A stretch of DNA of 64,000 bases from Treponemataceae bacterium (GCA_963677895.2 CAXXGJ010000025.1:256001-320000), one strand, 5' to 3'; shown: positions 9,986-19,281, counted from the first letter of the stretch. The notes: generated by a model not told the origin, from the sequence alone. Numbers and translations are program-made.

Positions 9986-10854
9986 TTCGCGGCATCCTTC
10001 GCCTTGAGCGCTTCCACCGACATTTCGAGGTGGCATCGGTCGTGATCGGCCTGTTCGAGGCTTTTATAGGCCCCGAGCCTCGTCATCATCTGCGCCCAAT
10101 CCACCTCGTGCGCGTCGAATTCGGGGCCGTCGACGCAGACGAATTTCGTCTGCCCGCCCACCGACACCCTGCATCCGCCGCACATGCCCGTGCCGTCGAT
10201 CATAATGGTGTTGAGCGAGGCGAGGGTTTTGACGCCAAAGGGCTTGGTCGTCGCGGCGCAGAATTTCATCATGACGGGCGGTCCCACCGTCACGACGATG
10301 TCGGGCGGGGGCGTCCGGCCGCAGAGTTCGCCGAGCGGTTCGGTGACGAGGGCTTTCCTTCCCGCCGTTCCGTCGTCCGTGACGACGATATTCTCGTCGG
10401 CCAGCGCGTTCATTTCGTCCTGCATGATGAGAAGCTCGGCGGTGCGGGCTCCCGAAATAACCGTGACCCTGTTGCCGGCGGCTTTCAGCGCCTTGACGAT
10501 GGGGTGCAGGGGGGCGAGGCCTATGCCTCCTCCCACGCAGACCGCCCAGCCGAATTTTTCTATATGAGTGGGGTTGCCCAGAGGGCCGAGAAGGACGACA
10601 CCGTCTCCCGGTTCCTTGAGCGCCAGTTTATGGGTGCTCGCGCCGACGGTCTGGAAAATTATCGTCACGGATCCGGCTTCCGGATTCGCGTCGGCGATCG
10701 TGAGAGGTATCCGCTCGGCGTAGTTCTCGTCGCACTGGACGATGACGAACTGGCCGGCCTTGCGTTCCCTGGCTACGAGGGGCGCCTCGATTTCCATCCT
10801 GTATACTTCATCGGAAAGCTTTCGTTTGGAGAGTATTTTGTGTTCACCGTGCAT
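9982..10854 (-). CDS. nfnA: NfnA/SudB, FAD/NAD and 2Fe-2S subunit of electron-bifurcating transhydrogenase
   Basis: ERIPLTIAD, GPLG, GGGIG, MIDGTGMCGGCRV...CVDGPEFD. Confidence 0.88.
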   Translation of the reverse strand: MHGEHKILSKRKLSDEVYRMEIEAPLVARERKAGQFVIVQCDENYAERIPLTIADANPEAGSVTIIFQTVGASTHKLALKEPGDGVVLLGPLGNPTHIEKFGWAVCVGGGIGLAPLHPIVKALKAAGNRVTVISGARTAELLIMQDEMNALADENIVVTDDGTAGRKALVTEPLGELCGRTPPPDIVVTVGPPVMMKFCAATTKPFGVKTLASLNTIMIDGTGMCGGCRVSVGGQTKFVCVDGPEFDAHEVDWAQMMTRLGAYKSLEQADHDRCHLEMSVEALKAKDAAK

Positions 10855-10946
10855 TGGCGTCCCTTTTGCGGATCGTGCCCGCGTTGACGATTATGTCCAG
10901 TATGACATTTCTTCGACGATAGTTGAAGAGGCGCCGACGCATTTCA

Positions 10947-11753
10947 TCATGAGAGGAGGGTGTCCTCGGGCCATGTGCCCTTCACCCTCGAAAGAGGAGC
11001 CACCCTGCAGCGGGCTCCCAGGATGCTTCCTGGATTCAGGACGCTGTTGCATCCCACTTCACAGGAATCGCCGAGCAGCGCGCCGAATTTTTCCAGACCC
11101 GTATCGAGAAGCGTTGGTCTATCGTGGACATCGGCGCCGTCCTGGCCTATGGCTGCCTGGCCTATGCCATCCCGCCCCTCCACGGCTCCCTTGCCGAGAA
11201 GAGCGGCCCTCACGTGACGCTTATCGAGCCGCACGTTGGAGAGTATGACGCCCGCGCCGATATGGGCCTTAACGCCCAAGATAGAGTCGCCCACATAGTT
11301 GAAATGCGGCGCCTGCGCCCCTTCGAGCATGATGCAGCGCTTGAATTCGCAGGCATGGCCGAGCACGGCGCCGTCGGCCGCGAGCACCGTCCCGCGCAAA
11401 TATGCCCCCTGCCGTATTTCGCAGCGGTCGCCGATCCAGGCGGGTCCCCTTATGTAGGCGCCGGTCTCGATAACGCAGTCCGCGCCGATGTGCACGCTGC
11501 CTTCTATGTGAACACCCTGTTCGATGCGCGTCCGCGGGCCTATCCGGAGATCGCCCGTTATCAGCGGGTTGTCTTTCGCCGAAGCTTCGCTGCCGGCGAA
11601 GGGATCCTCGGACAGAAGCATGTCGAGATAGGCATCGAGGGCGGAAAGCGCCTCCCAGGGCAGATCGAGATAGGCGAATAGCCTCGCGTGGGTGGTCGCC
11701 GACGGATCGAAGAGGGCAGGCAATCCCTCCCATCGTTTCATGATCTGGCTCAT
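10947..11753 (-). CDS. Left-handed beta-helix hexapeptide acyltransferase, similar to archaeal-type GlmU C-terminal domain
   Basis: Hexapeptide repeats, APHFNYVGDSILG, DTGLEKFGALLGD, GCNSVLNPG; start 11753 overlaps upstream stop (ATGA). Confidence 0.8.
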   Translation of the reverse strand: MSQIMKRWEGLPALFDPSATTHARLFAYLDLPWEALSALDAYLDMLLSEDPFAGSEASAKDNPLITGDLRIGPRTRIEQGVHIEGSVHIGADCVIETGAYIRGPAWIGDRCEIRQGAYLRGTVLAADGAVLGHACEFKRCIMLEGAQAPHFNYVGDSILGVKAHIGAGVILSNVRLDKRHVRAALLGKGAVEGRDGIGQAAIGQDGADVHDRPTLLDTGLEKFGALLGDSCEVGCNSVLNPGSILGARCRVAPLSRVKGTWPEDTLLS

Positions 11754-12688
11754 AGCGGTTTCCTCCCCTCTTTTCCGTACTCGTTCCACAATGGCTCGGG
11801 ATATTCCCCGCGCTCGGTACGCTCGGCTATCGCTTTCCTGGCATCCAAGATGTCGTCGGGATTGGTGAGGCCGAAATACTCCTCGGTCACGGGCAGGGCC
11901 ATGACCTGCGCCGCTCCTTCATCCATCATGCCGCCGATCACCGTGGGCAGGTAGAATTCCGACCGGCTCCAGTGGGCGGGATCGGAGAGGAACTCCGAAA
12001 AAAGCCGCTCGGCGAACGGGAACACGGCCGGGGTCAGCCCCCAGAGATTCATCGATATGGGCAGTTCGGGCGAAAGCGCTTCCGCCGATCCATCGGCCCG
12101 GACGGAATAGATTGTTCCCGACCTGATCTCGACCCTTGTGTGCTCCACTATTTTTTTAAGCCAGCCCTCGGCATCGATGGCGCAGATCGCCCTGGATACC
12201 GATCCGGAGCCCGGGACGACGTTGCCCAGCCTGTATCCCGCCAGGCAGAATCGCGCCGGAGTATTTCCGGCAAGGAAGCCATGGACGGCCCGGAAGCTCT
12301 GCTTGCCGTAGAAGTCGTCGGCGTTTATCACGGCGAAGGGGCCGTCCTCGAGCAAATGGCGGGCGCAGAGAAGGGCGTGGCCGGTACCCCAGGGTTTCGT
12401 CCTTCCATTCCGGGACAGATCCGCCCTGAATTTTTCGGGGATCGCCGTATCGGGCGACTGGAAGGCCAATTCCACGGGCAGGGTCCGCGGCAGGCGCGAG
12501 AGCACATGCGTCCTGAAATCATGCTCAATATCCTTCCTGATAAGGAAAACGACGCTGTCGAAGCCCGCCTCAAGCGCGTTGTAGACGTTATATTCTAACA
12601 GGGTTTCCCCCGCGGAGCCGATCGCCGCCAATTGCTTCACGCCGCCGAAACGGGAGCCCAGTCCCGCCGCGAGAATCGCTAATTTCAT
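11750..12688 (-). CDS. Sugar-phosphate nucleotidyltransferase (NTP_transferase fold)
   Basis: ILAAGLGSRFGGVKQ, KPWGTGHA, VINADDFYG. Confidence 0.85.
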   Translation of the reverse strand: MKLAILAAGLGSRFGGVKQLAAIGSAGETLLEYNVYNALEAGFDSVVFLIRKDIEHDFRTHVLSRLPRTLPVELAFQSPDTAIPEKFRADLSRNGRTKPWGTGHALLCARHLLEDGPFAVINADDFYGKQSFRAVHGFLAGNTPARFCLAGYRLGNVVPGSGSVSRAICAIDAEGWLKKIVEHTRVEIRSGTIYSVRADGSAEALSPELPISMNLWGLTPAVFPFAERLFSEFLSDPAHWSRSEFYLPTVIGGMMDEGAAQVMALPVTEEYFGLTNPDDILDARKAIAERTERGEYPEPLWNEYGKEGRKPL

Positions 12689-12694
12689 ACCTCC

Positions 12695-12722
12695 ACTATA
12701 ATCATGGCGTTTCGTTGGTCAA
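12695..12722 (-). promoter_or_regulatory. sigma70-like promoter, likely leaderless start of nucleotidyltransferase
   Basis: TTGACC-N16-TATAGT, 6 nt before ATG 12688. Confidence 0.55.
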
Positions 12723-12794
12723 TCACCGCAGCGCAGAATTTGAAAGGCTCTTCGCGCGCCGGCGACAATTTGTCCGCGAGTCCCGTACTGTCTA

Positions 12795-12823
12795 TTGAAA
12801 ATTTCAGGAATTCATTGTACGCT
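12795..12823 (+). promoter_or_regulatory. sigma70-like promoter for nifJ
   Basis: TTGAAA-N17-TACGCT. Confidence 0.5.
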
Positions 12824-12960
12824 GATGGGGCTTTTCAGGCGGATCTCCGCATTGCAGCATCACAGTCTCCACATTCTTCTTTTTACAGCGAGCGGTGCCC
12901 ACATGGGGTGCTCTTGACCCGAAAAGCCCATTAATCCCCATCCCCAAATAAGGAACTACA

Positions 12961-15900
12961 ATGGCTGATTCCAAGAACATGGTGATGATCGACGGAAACG
13001 CCGCGGCAGCTTATGTGGCACATGCCTGCTCCGAAGTGATCGCGATCTACCCCATCACTCCATCCTCACCTATGGGAGAACTCGCCGACGAGTTTTCCGC
13101 CATGGGCAGAAAGAACCTCTGGGGGACCATACCGCAAGTCACGGAAATGCAGTCCGAAGCCGGAGCGGCCGGAGCGGTGCATGGAGCCCTGACGGCGGGA
13201 GCGCTTTCCACGACCTTCACCGCTTCGCAAGGTCTCCTCCTCATGATCCCCAACATGTACAAGATCGCCGGCGAGGCGATCTCCACCGTCTTCCATATCG
13301 CCGCGCGCGCCGTGGCCGCTCAGGCCCTCTCCATTTTCGGAGACCACCAGGACGTCATGGCGGCCCGCCAGACGGGATGGGCCCTCCTCGCTTCCAACAA
13401 CGTCCAGGAAGTGATGGACTTCGCGCTCATCGCCCACGCAGCCACCCTCAAGACCAGGGTTCCCTTCGTCCATTTCTTCGACGGCTTCAGGACCTCCCAC
13501 GAGGTGCAGAAAGTCGAGGAACTCACCACCGCGACAATGAAGAAAATGATCTCCGAAGACCTTGTCCGCGCGCACCGCGCCCGCGGCCTCACGCCCGAGA
13601 CGCCCTTCATCCGCGGCACCAGCCAGAACCCCGACGTCTACTTCGCGGGACGCGAAGCCGTCAACAAATTCTATGACGCCACGCCCGGAATCGTCGAAGA
13701 GACCATGAAGGAATTCGAGAAACTCACCGGACGCGGCTACAAGCTCTTCGAGTACGTCGGAGCGCCCGACGCCGACCGCATCGCCATCGTGATGGGTTCC
13801 GGAGCGGACACCGTCGAGGAGACCGTCAACTATCTCGTGGCCCACGGCGAGAAAGTCGGCGCGATCAAGGTGCACCTCTTCCGCCCCTTCTCCGTCGAGA
13901 GCTTCATCTCCGCGATTCCCGCGACCGTCAAGTCCATCGCCGTCCTCGACAGGACCAAGGAGCCGGGCGCCATCGGCGAACCGCTCTACGAAGACGTCCG
14001 CACGGCCATCGGCGAAGCCATGGGCGCAGGAAAATCCAACTTCAAGAGCTGGCCCACCGTCGGCGGCGGCAGGTACGGTCTCGGTTCCTTCGAGTTCACC
14101 CCGGCCATGGCCAAGGCTGTCTTCGACAACCTCAAGGCGAAAGAGCCCAAGAACCACTTCACGATCGGCATCAACGACGACGTGACCTTCACCAGCATCG
14201 CCTACGACGAGGAATTCACCCTCGACGACGATGGCGTGAAGGAATGCCTCTTTTACGGCCTCGGTTCCGACGGCACGGTCGGCGCCAACAAGAACTCCAT
14301 CAAGATCATCGGCGACGAAACCCCGAACTCCGCCCAGGGCTACTTCTTCTACGATTCGAAGAAGGCCGGAAGCTATACGATCAGCCATCTCCGCTTCGGC
14401 CCCAAGGCCATCAAGAAGCCTTATCTTATCAACCAGGCCGGCTTTATCGCCTGCCACAAGTTCGCCTTCGTCGAGAAGCTGGACATGCTCGCCAACGCCA
14501 AAAAGGGCGGCATATTCCTCCTCAACAGCCCCTTCCCCGCCGACAAGGTCTGGGATGAGCTCCCCGTCGAGGTCCAGCAGCGCATCATCGACAAGCAGCT
14601 GCGCTTCTACGTGATCGACGGCGTGGCCATCGCCGAAGCCTCGGGCATGGGCGGCCGCATCAACACCATCATGCAGACAGCCTTCTTCAAGATCTCCGGC
14701 GTACTGCCCGAGGAAGAAGCCGTCGCCATGATCAAGAAGTACACCGAGAAGACCTACCACAGAAAGGGCGCCGATATCGTCCAGAAGAACCTCGTCGCTA
14801 TCGACATGGCGCTCAACGCCACGCACAAGGTTCAGGTGGGCAAGGCGAATTCGACCAAGCACATGCTCGCGCCCGTTCCCGCCTACGCCCCGAAGTTCGT
14901 CAAGGAAACCCTCGGCGAGATGATCGCCATGCGCGGCGAGAAACTCCCCGTATCCAAGCTCCCCGACGACGGCACCTTCCCCACCGGAACGACCAAGTAC
15001 GAGAAGCGCAACATCGCCGAGAAGATCCCCGTCTGGAATCCCGAGATCTGCATCCAGTGCGGCAACTGCTCCATGGTCTGCCCCCATGCCGTCATCAGGC
15101 TCAAGGCTTACGAGCCCAAATACGCCGAGGGAGCTCCCGCTACCTTCAAGAGCGTCGACGCCAAGGGCAAGGAATTCACCGGCCTCAAGGCTACCCTCCA
15201 GGTCGCTCCCGAGGACTGCACCGGCTGCGGCGCCTGCGTGAACATCTGCCCGGTCAACGACAAGGTCAACGAAGGACGCAAGGCCATCAATCTCGAGGCT
15301 CAGACGCCCTTGCGCGAGCCCGAAGCGGCCAACTGGGACTTCTTCATGGCCATTCCCGACACGCCCGCCAAGTATCTCAACCTCGCGTTCCCCAAGAGCA
15401 TCGCGATGAAACGCCCCCTCTTCGAGTTCTCGGGCGCCTGCGCGGGCTGCGGCGAAACCCCCTATCTCAAACTCATGAGCCAGCTCTTCGGCGACCGCGC
15501 CCTTTGCGCCAACGCCACGGGCTGCTCCTCCATCTACGGCGGCAACCTCCCCACGACGCCCTACACCACCCGTCCCGACGGAAAAGGCCCGGCATGGTCC
15601 AACAGCCTCTTCGAGGACGCGGCCGAATTCGGCATGGGCATGAGGCTCACCTCCGAGAAGAAGACCGAATACGCGCGCGAACTCCTCACCGCGGCCAAGG
15701 GTAAGGGCGTTTCCGCCGAGCTCGCCGACAAGATTCTCGCCAACACGATGGACAGCGACGAAGATATCGAAGCGCAGCGCGCCTCGATCGAGGAACTCAA
15801 GGCGGCTATCGCCGGCGTCAAGGCCGAATGGGCCAAGGAACTCACCAACGTAGCGGGCGCCCTGATCAAGAAATCGCAGTGGATCATCGGCGGCGACGGA

Positions 15901-16521
15901 TGGGCTTACGACATCGGATTCGGCGGACTGGACCACGTGATCGCCTCGGGCAAGAACCTCAACATTCTGGTGCTCGACACCGAAGTCTATTCCAATACCG
16001 GCGGCCAGGCCTCCAAGTCCACGCCCGTCGGCGCCATCGCCAAGTTCGCCACCGCGGGCAAGGAAACGATGAAGAAAGACCTCGGCATGATCGCCATGAG
16101 CTATGGCTACGTCTATGTGGCCCAGATCGCCATGGGAAGCAATATGTCCCAGACCATCAAGGCGTTCAGGGAAGCCGAGAGCTACAACGGCCCGTCCATC
16201 ATCATCGCGTATTCGCACTGCATCAACCAGGGAATCAACATGACGAAGGGCATGAACCAGCAGAAGGCGGCCGTGGATTCGGGCGTCTGGCCCCTCTACC
16301 GCTACGACCCGAGACTCAAGGCCGAGGGCAAGAATCCCTTCCAGCTCGATTCCAAGGAACCGGATTTCTCCAAGCTCGAAAGCTACATGTACGCCGAGGT
16401 GCGGTTCAAGTCCCTGAGGGAAGCCAATCCCGAAAGGGCCGCGACCCTCCTGGCCAAGCAGCGCTCCCTCATTGAGCGCCGCTACAAGGAATACAGGTAC
16501 ATAGCCGACAGGACCTTCTAG
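12961..16521 (+). CDS. nifJ: Pyruvate:ferredoxin/flavodoxin oxidoreductase (homodimeric PFOR)
   Basis: YPITPSS, GLGSDGTVG, two CxxCxxCxxxCP clusters, FSGACAGCGET, GGDGWAYDIG TPP motif. Confidence 0.97.
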   Translation: MADSKNMVMIDGNAAAAYVAHACSEVIAIYPITPSSPMGELADEFSAMGRKNLWGTIPQVTEMQSEAGAAGAVHGALTAGALSTTFTASQGLLLMIPNMYKIAGEAISTVFHIAARAVAAQALSIFGDHQDVMAARQTGWALLASNNVQEVMDFALIAHAATLKTRVPFVHFFDGFRTSHEVQKVEELTTATMKKMISEDLVRAHRARGLTPETPFIRGTSQNPDVYFAGREAVNKFYDATPGIVEETMKEFEKLTGRGYKLFEYVGAPDADRIAIVMGSGADTVEETVNYLVAHGEKVGAIKVHLFRPFSVESFISAIPATVKSIAVLDRTKEPGAIGEPLYEDVRTAIGEAMGAGKSNFKSWPTVGGGRYGLGSFEFTPAMAKAVFDNLKAKEPKNHFTIGINDDVTFTSIAYDEEFTLDDDGVKECLFYGLGSDGTVGANKNSIKIIGDETPNSAQGYFFYDSKKAGSYTISHLRFGPKAIKKPYLINQAGFIACHKFAFVEKLDMLANAKKGGIFLLNSPFPADKVWDELPVEVQQRIIDKQLRFYVIDGVAIAEASGMGGRINTIMQTAFFKISGVLPEEEAVAMIKKYTEKTYHRKGADIVQKNLVAIDMALNATHKVQVGKANSTKHMLAPVPAYAPKFVKETLGEMIAMRGEKLPVSKLPDDGTFPTGTTKYEKRNIAEKIPVWNPEICIQCGNCSMVCPHAVIRLKAYEPKYAEGAPATFKSVDAKGKEFTGLKATLQVAPEDCTGCGACVNICPVNDKVNEGRKAINLEAQTPLREPEAANWDFFMAIPDTPAKYLNLAFPKSIAMKRPLFEFSGACAGCGETPYLKLMSQLFGDRALCANATGCSSIYGGNLPTTPYTTRPDGKGPAWSNSLFEDAAEFGMGMRLTSEKKTEYARELLTAAKGKGVSAELADKILANTMDSDEDIEAQRASIEELKAAIAGVKAEWAKELTNVAGALIKKSQWIIGGDGWAYDIGFGGLDHVIASGKNLNILVLDTEVYSNTGGQASKSTPVGAIAKFATAGKETMKKDLGMIAMSYGYVYVAQIAMGSNMSQTIKAFREAESYNGPSIIIAYSHCINQGINMTKGMNQQKAAVDSGVWPLYRYDPRLKAEGKNPFQLDSKEPDFSKLESYMYAEVRFKSLREANPERAATLLAKQRSLIERRYKEYRYIADRTF

Positions 16522-16534
16522 GATCCTCAGGCTT

Positions 16535-16578
16535 CGCGACAAAAAAGGGTGACCATGAGGTCACCCTTTTTTGTCGCG
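16535..16578. terminator. Bidirectional intrinsic terminator after nifJ
   Basis: Perfect 20-bp inverted repeat CGCGACAAAAAAGGGTGACC-ATGA-GGTCACCCTTTTTTGTCGCG. Confidence 0.9.
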
Positions 16579-16660
16579 TCCGCGCTTCGCTTTTCTTTAT
16601 TAAGTTTTATGAATATATTAAAACTGTACGATTTACCGGCCACGAACGCGGGAGGTTGCT

Positions 16661-16930
16661 ATGGTCAACAAGAAGGTTTCCAAAATGCGTATCCCGAATC
16701 AAGGCAGTTCCGCGGGAAACGCGATTCCCCGCTGCATCGATCCAAGCGATATTCTCGAGCTGAATCTCGATTCCGACCGCAGGCTCCTGGTGACCGATGG
16801 CCAGCTCTGGGTCACCATACAGAATGACCACAAAGACTATATTCTCGGAGCGCACAGAGCCATGAACATTCCCAATCGGAAGCTTGTCCTCGTGGAGGCG
16901 GAAGAACCGACCTGTTTCCAGGTGGACTGA
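16661..16930 (+). CDS. DUF2917-like small beta-rich protein
   Basis: GGAGGT RBS; VTDGQLWVTIQNDHKDYIL resembles the DUF2917 G-x-x-W-x-T...D-Y-x-L pattern. Confidence 0.65.
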   Translation: MVNKKVSKMRIPNQGSSAGNAIPRCIDPSDILELNLDSDRRLLVTDGQLWVTIQNDHKDYILGAHRAMNIPNRKLVLVEAEEPTCFQVD

Positions 16931-16980
16931 GGAGAGGGATTGACCGCGAGTCCGGAGTCCGCTATTTTTAGCCTACTCTT

Positions 16981-17346
16981 ATGAAAAAAATAGCGGCATA
17001 TAAGTTTACCGTCATATCAGCGATCCTTATCCTTGTGGCGCTTCTCCTTCCCTCATCCAATTTTTCCTCGATGCCTACGTTTTTCGGGATAGACAAGGTC
17101 GCCCATTTCTTCCTTTTTCTTCTTTTCACCCTTTCCTACACGCTCGAGTTCAGGCATTACAACGGGAGACTCCCCGGCATCCTCCACAGCGTCCTCTTCG
17201 TCCTCATCTTCATCGTGACATCGGAGCTTCTGCAGCTGCTTACGAGCTCCAGGCACTTTGAGTTCATGGACATGGCTTTCGACGCGGGAGGAGCGGCCGC
17301 AGCCTTCCTGGCCACGAGGCTGGGAGCGGGATCGCGCAGGAGCTAG
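16981..17346 (+). CDS. VanZ family membrane protein
   Basis: DKVAHF, ELLQ...R...DMAFD motifs, 4 TM; TTGACC-N17-TATTTT upstream. Confidence 0.8.
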   Translation: MKKIAAYKFTVISAILILVALLLPSSNFSSMPTFFGIDKVAHFFLFLLFTLSYTLEFRHYNGRLPGILHSVLFVLIFIVTSELLQLLTSSRHFEFMDMAFDAGGAAAAFLATRLGAGSRRS

Positions 17347-17365
17347 CGAATAAGGGCAGAGTACA

Positions 17366-17487
17366 TAAAAGAAGCGGCGCTTCCGAAGAAACGCCGCTAC
17401 CGCAACACCTTCCTTTCGCCGGAAATTTATATTGTTTTTACATCTCTTTATTACCTATGAAACATAGACATGCTCATGTTTCATCTA
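17366..17487 (-). ncRNA. Candidate small RNA with intrinsic terminator
   Basis: Minus-strand hairpin AGCGGCGTTTC-TTCG-GAAGCGCCGCT followed by TCTTTT with no minus-strand CDS upstream; 5' hairpin 17457-17484. Confidence 0.35.
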
Positions 17488-17538
17488 TATCATTACCACT
17501 GGCAGCGGTTTTTGCAAGCGAAAATCAATACAAACCTT

Positions 17539-17554
17539 GTAGACAATTGTCTAC
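17539..17554. promoter_or_regulatory. Perfect 16-bp palindrome, putative operator
   Basis: GTAGACAATTGTCTAC in the AT-rich region upstream of the LuxR-type gene. Confidence 0.5.
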
Positions 17555-17614
17555 TGCCGATTTTTCGGGTTAATCTGTATGAATGCCGAACGAGCTTTTT
17601 CCAAAAGGGCGACC

Positions 17615-18364
17615 ATGAAAAAGCCGAATGTTGAAAGCCTCTCGCCTCCCTCGCTGTTCCGGAAAACAGGCTTGCTCTTTTCCGGCCTCATCGGGATATA
17701 TCTGCTTTTCCATGCCGCGGTGGCGATACTCGAGAAAAGTCTGCCGAACTCGGTGAGCCCCGGGCAGCCCTTCTTTATCTTCCTGGGCGTCTGCTTCGTT
17801 CTCTTCGTGCTCAGCGCTCTCGAGAAATCGCTGAACTGGCTTCAGCCTGTCATCTTTCTCGTGATGACGCCCCTTCCCATGCTGCAGCACAGCTACTCTA
17901 TGTTCAGTCTGGGGAGCTTCATCGCTGCCGAAATCCTTCTCTATCGCCTCGGCTTTTTCGAGCATAAAAAATTGGCGAAGTTTCTGGTCTCGATAGCGTA
18001 TTTCTATTTCTGCGAAATACTGATAGGCATTTCCTCAGGGGCGCGATTCATGGAAGTCGTGACGCCCATCGCCTACATGACCGCTTTCCTGGCCTTTCTC
18101 ATGATCGTTTACGGGAGCAACTGGATCGTCTACCTCAACACGCCGAAGCCGATTCTTTCCCTCTCGGCCATGAAAGTCACGAAAAAGGAAGCCGAGTACC
18201 TCAAGGCCCTGCTCGCCGGGCGCTCGATCAAGGAAATAGCGATAGACGGCGGCGTCAAGGAATCCACGGTGAGGAACACCCTCGCCCGCGTCTACAGAAA
18301 ATTCGACGTGCAGGACAAGTCGACGCTCATGGCGAAATGCGAAAACTATTCCATATTGGACTGA
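17615..18364 (+). CDS. Membrane-anchored LuxR-type HTH regulator
   Basis: About 6 N-terminal TM segments; C-terminal TKKEAEYLKALLAGRSIKEIA...VKESTVRNTLARVYRKFDV; AAAAGGG RBS before ATG 17615. Confidence 0.8.
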   Translation: MKKPNVESLSPPSLFRKTGLLFSGLIGIYLLFHAAVAILEKSLPNSVSPGQPFFIFLGVCFVLFVLSALEKSLNWLQPVIFLVMTPLPMLQHSYSMFSLGSFIAAEILLYRLGFFEHKKLAKFLVSIAYFYFCEILIGISSGARFMEVVTPIAYMTAFLAFLMIVYGSNWIVYLNTPKPILSLSAMKVTKKEAEYLKALLAGRSIKEIAIDGGVKESTVRNTLARVYRKFDVQDKSTLMAKCENYSILD

Positions 18365-18429
18365 GAGCGCGCCCTTCCTATTGTATCTTTGGCCAGGATT
18401 CCTTATTTTAATCTCCAACAGAGGTTTAC

Positions 18430-19281
18430 ATGCACAGTTACACCCTCGGTCCCGGCGAACTGGCCGGACAGAATGCCGATACAATCCTGCCGGCTTCGGC
18501 GAAAGCCGCCGACAGTTTCGCCGCCTTATTCACCATCATCGCGAGGCTGCGAGCCCAGGACGGCTGCCCCTGGGATCGCGAGCAGTCGCCTTCATCCATC
18601 CGGAACAATATCGTCGAAGAGGCCTATGAGCTCGTCGAGGCCATCAACGAAAAAGATCCGGCCCATATCCGCGAGGAGTCGGGCGACCTTTTCATGCTCG
18701 CCACCATGGTGGCCTACATGTTCGAGCAGGAAAAAAGCTTTTCGGTAGCCGAGGCTCTGGATTCGGTATCGGAAAAGCTCGTCCGAAGGCATCCCCATGT
18801 CTTCGGCGAGTCCGACGCGGGGACGCCCGAAGCCGTCGTCGAGCAGTGGAACAGGATCAAGGAAACGAAGGAAGGACGCCGCAAGAAGGATTCCCTTCTC
18901 GACGAGGTGCCCCGCCATCTGCCTCCCCTCGAGCGGGCTTTCAAGATACAGAAAAAAGCCTCCAAAGCTGGATTCGACTGGACGCGCCTCGACTCGGTCT
19001 GGGACAAGGTGGAAGAGGAGCTGAAGGAATCCAGGGAAGCCTTCGACGCGAAAGACGCGGAAGAGCTCGAGGCCGAGATCGGCGACCTGCTCTATTCGGT
19101 CATCAACCTCTCGCGCTTCAACGGGATAGACCCGGCCATCGCCCTCCAGCGCACGAACGACAAGTTCGCCCTGCGCTTCAGGCATGTCGAGAAGCGCATG
19201 AAAGAGGAAAACCTGCCCATGGACCGCGAGCATATGGAAAAAATGGACTCGTTCTGGGAAGAAGCGAAGGAAGGACGATGA
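18430..19281 (+). CDS. mazG: Nucleoside triphosphate pyrophosphohydrolase MazG
   Basis: GCPWDREQS, EEAYE, EESGDL, KLVRRHPHVFG, GFDW, EIGDLL. Confidence 0.93.
   Translation: MHSYTLGPGELAGQNADTILPASAKAADSFAALFTIIARLRAQDGCPWDREQSPSSIRNNIVEEAYELVEAINEKDPAHIREESGDLFMLATMVAYMFEQEKSFSVAEALDSVSEKLVRRHPHVFGESDAGTPEAVVEQWNRIKETKEGRRKKDSLLDEVPRHLPPLERAFKIQKKASKAGFDWTRLDSVWDKVEEELKESREAFDAKDAEELEAEIGDLLYSVINLSRFNGIDPAIALQRTNDKFALRFRHVEKRMKEENLPMDREHMEKMDSFWEEAKEGR

Noticed and set aside
13066..16542. 1158-aa antisense ORF opposite nifJ (likewise opposite tuf, secY, hutH, MATE)
   Set aside because: Shadow of strong GC3 codon bias in the real gene; no motifs, SD or independent context
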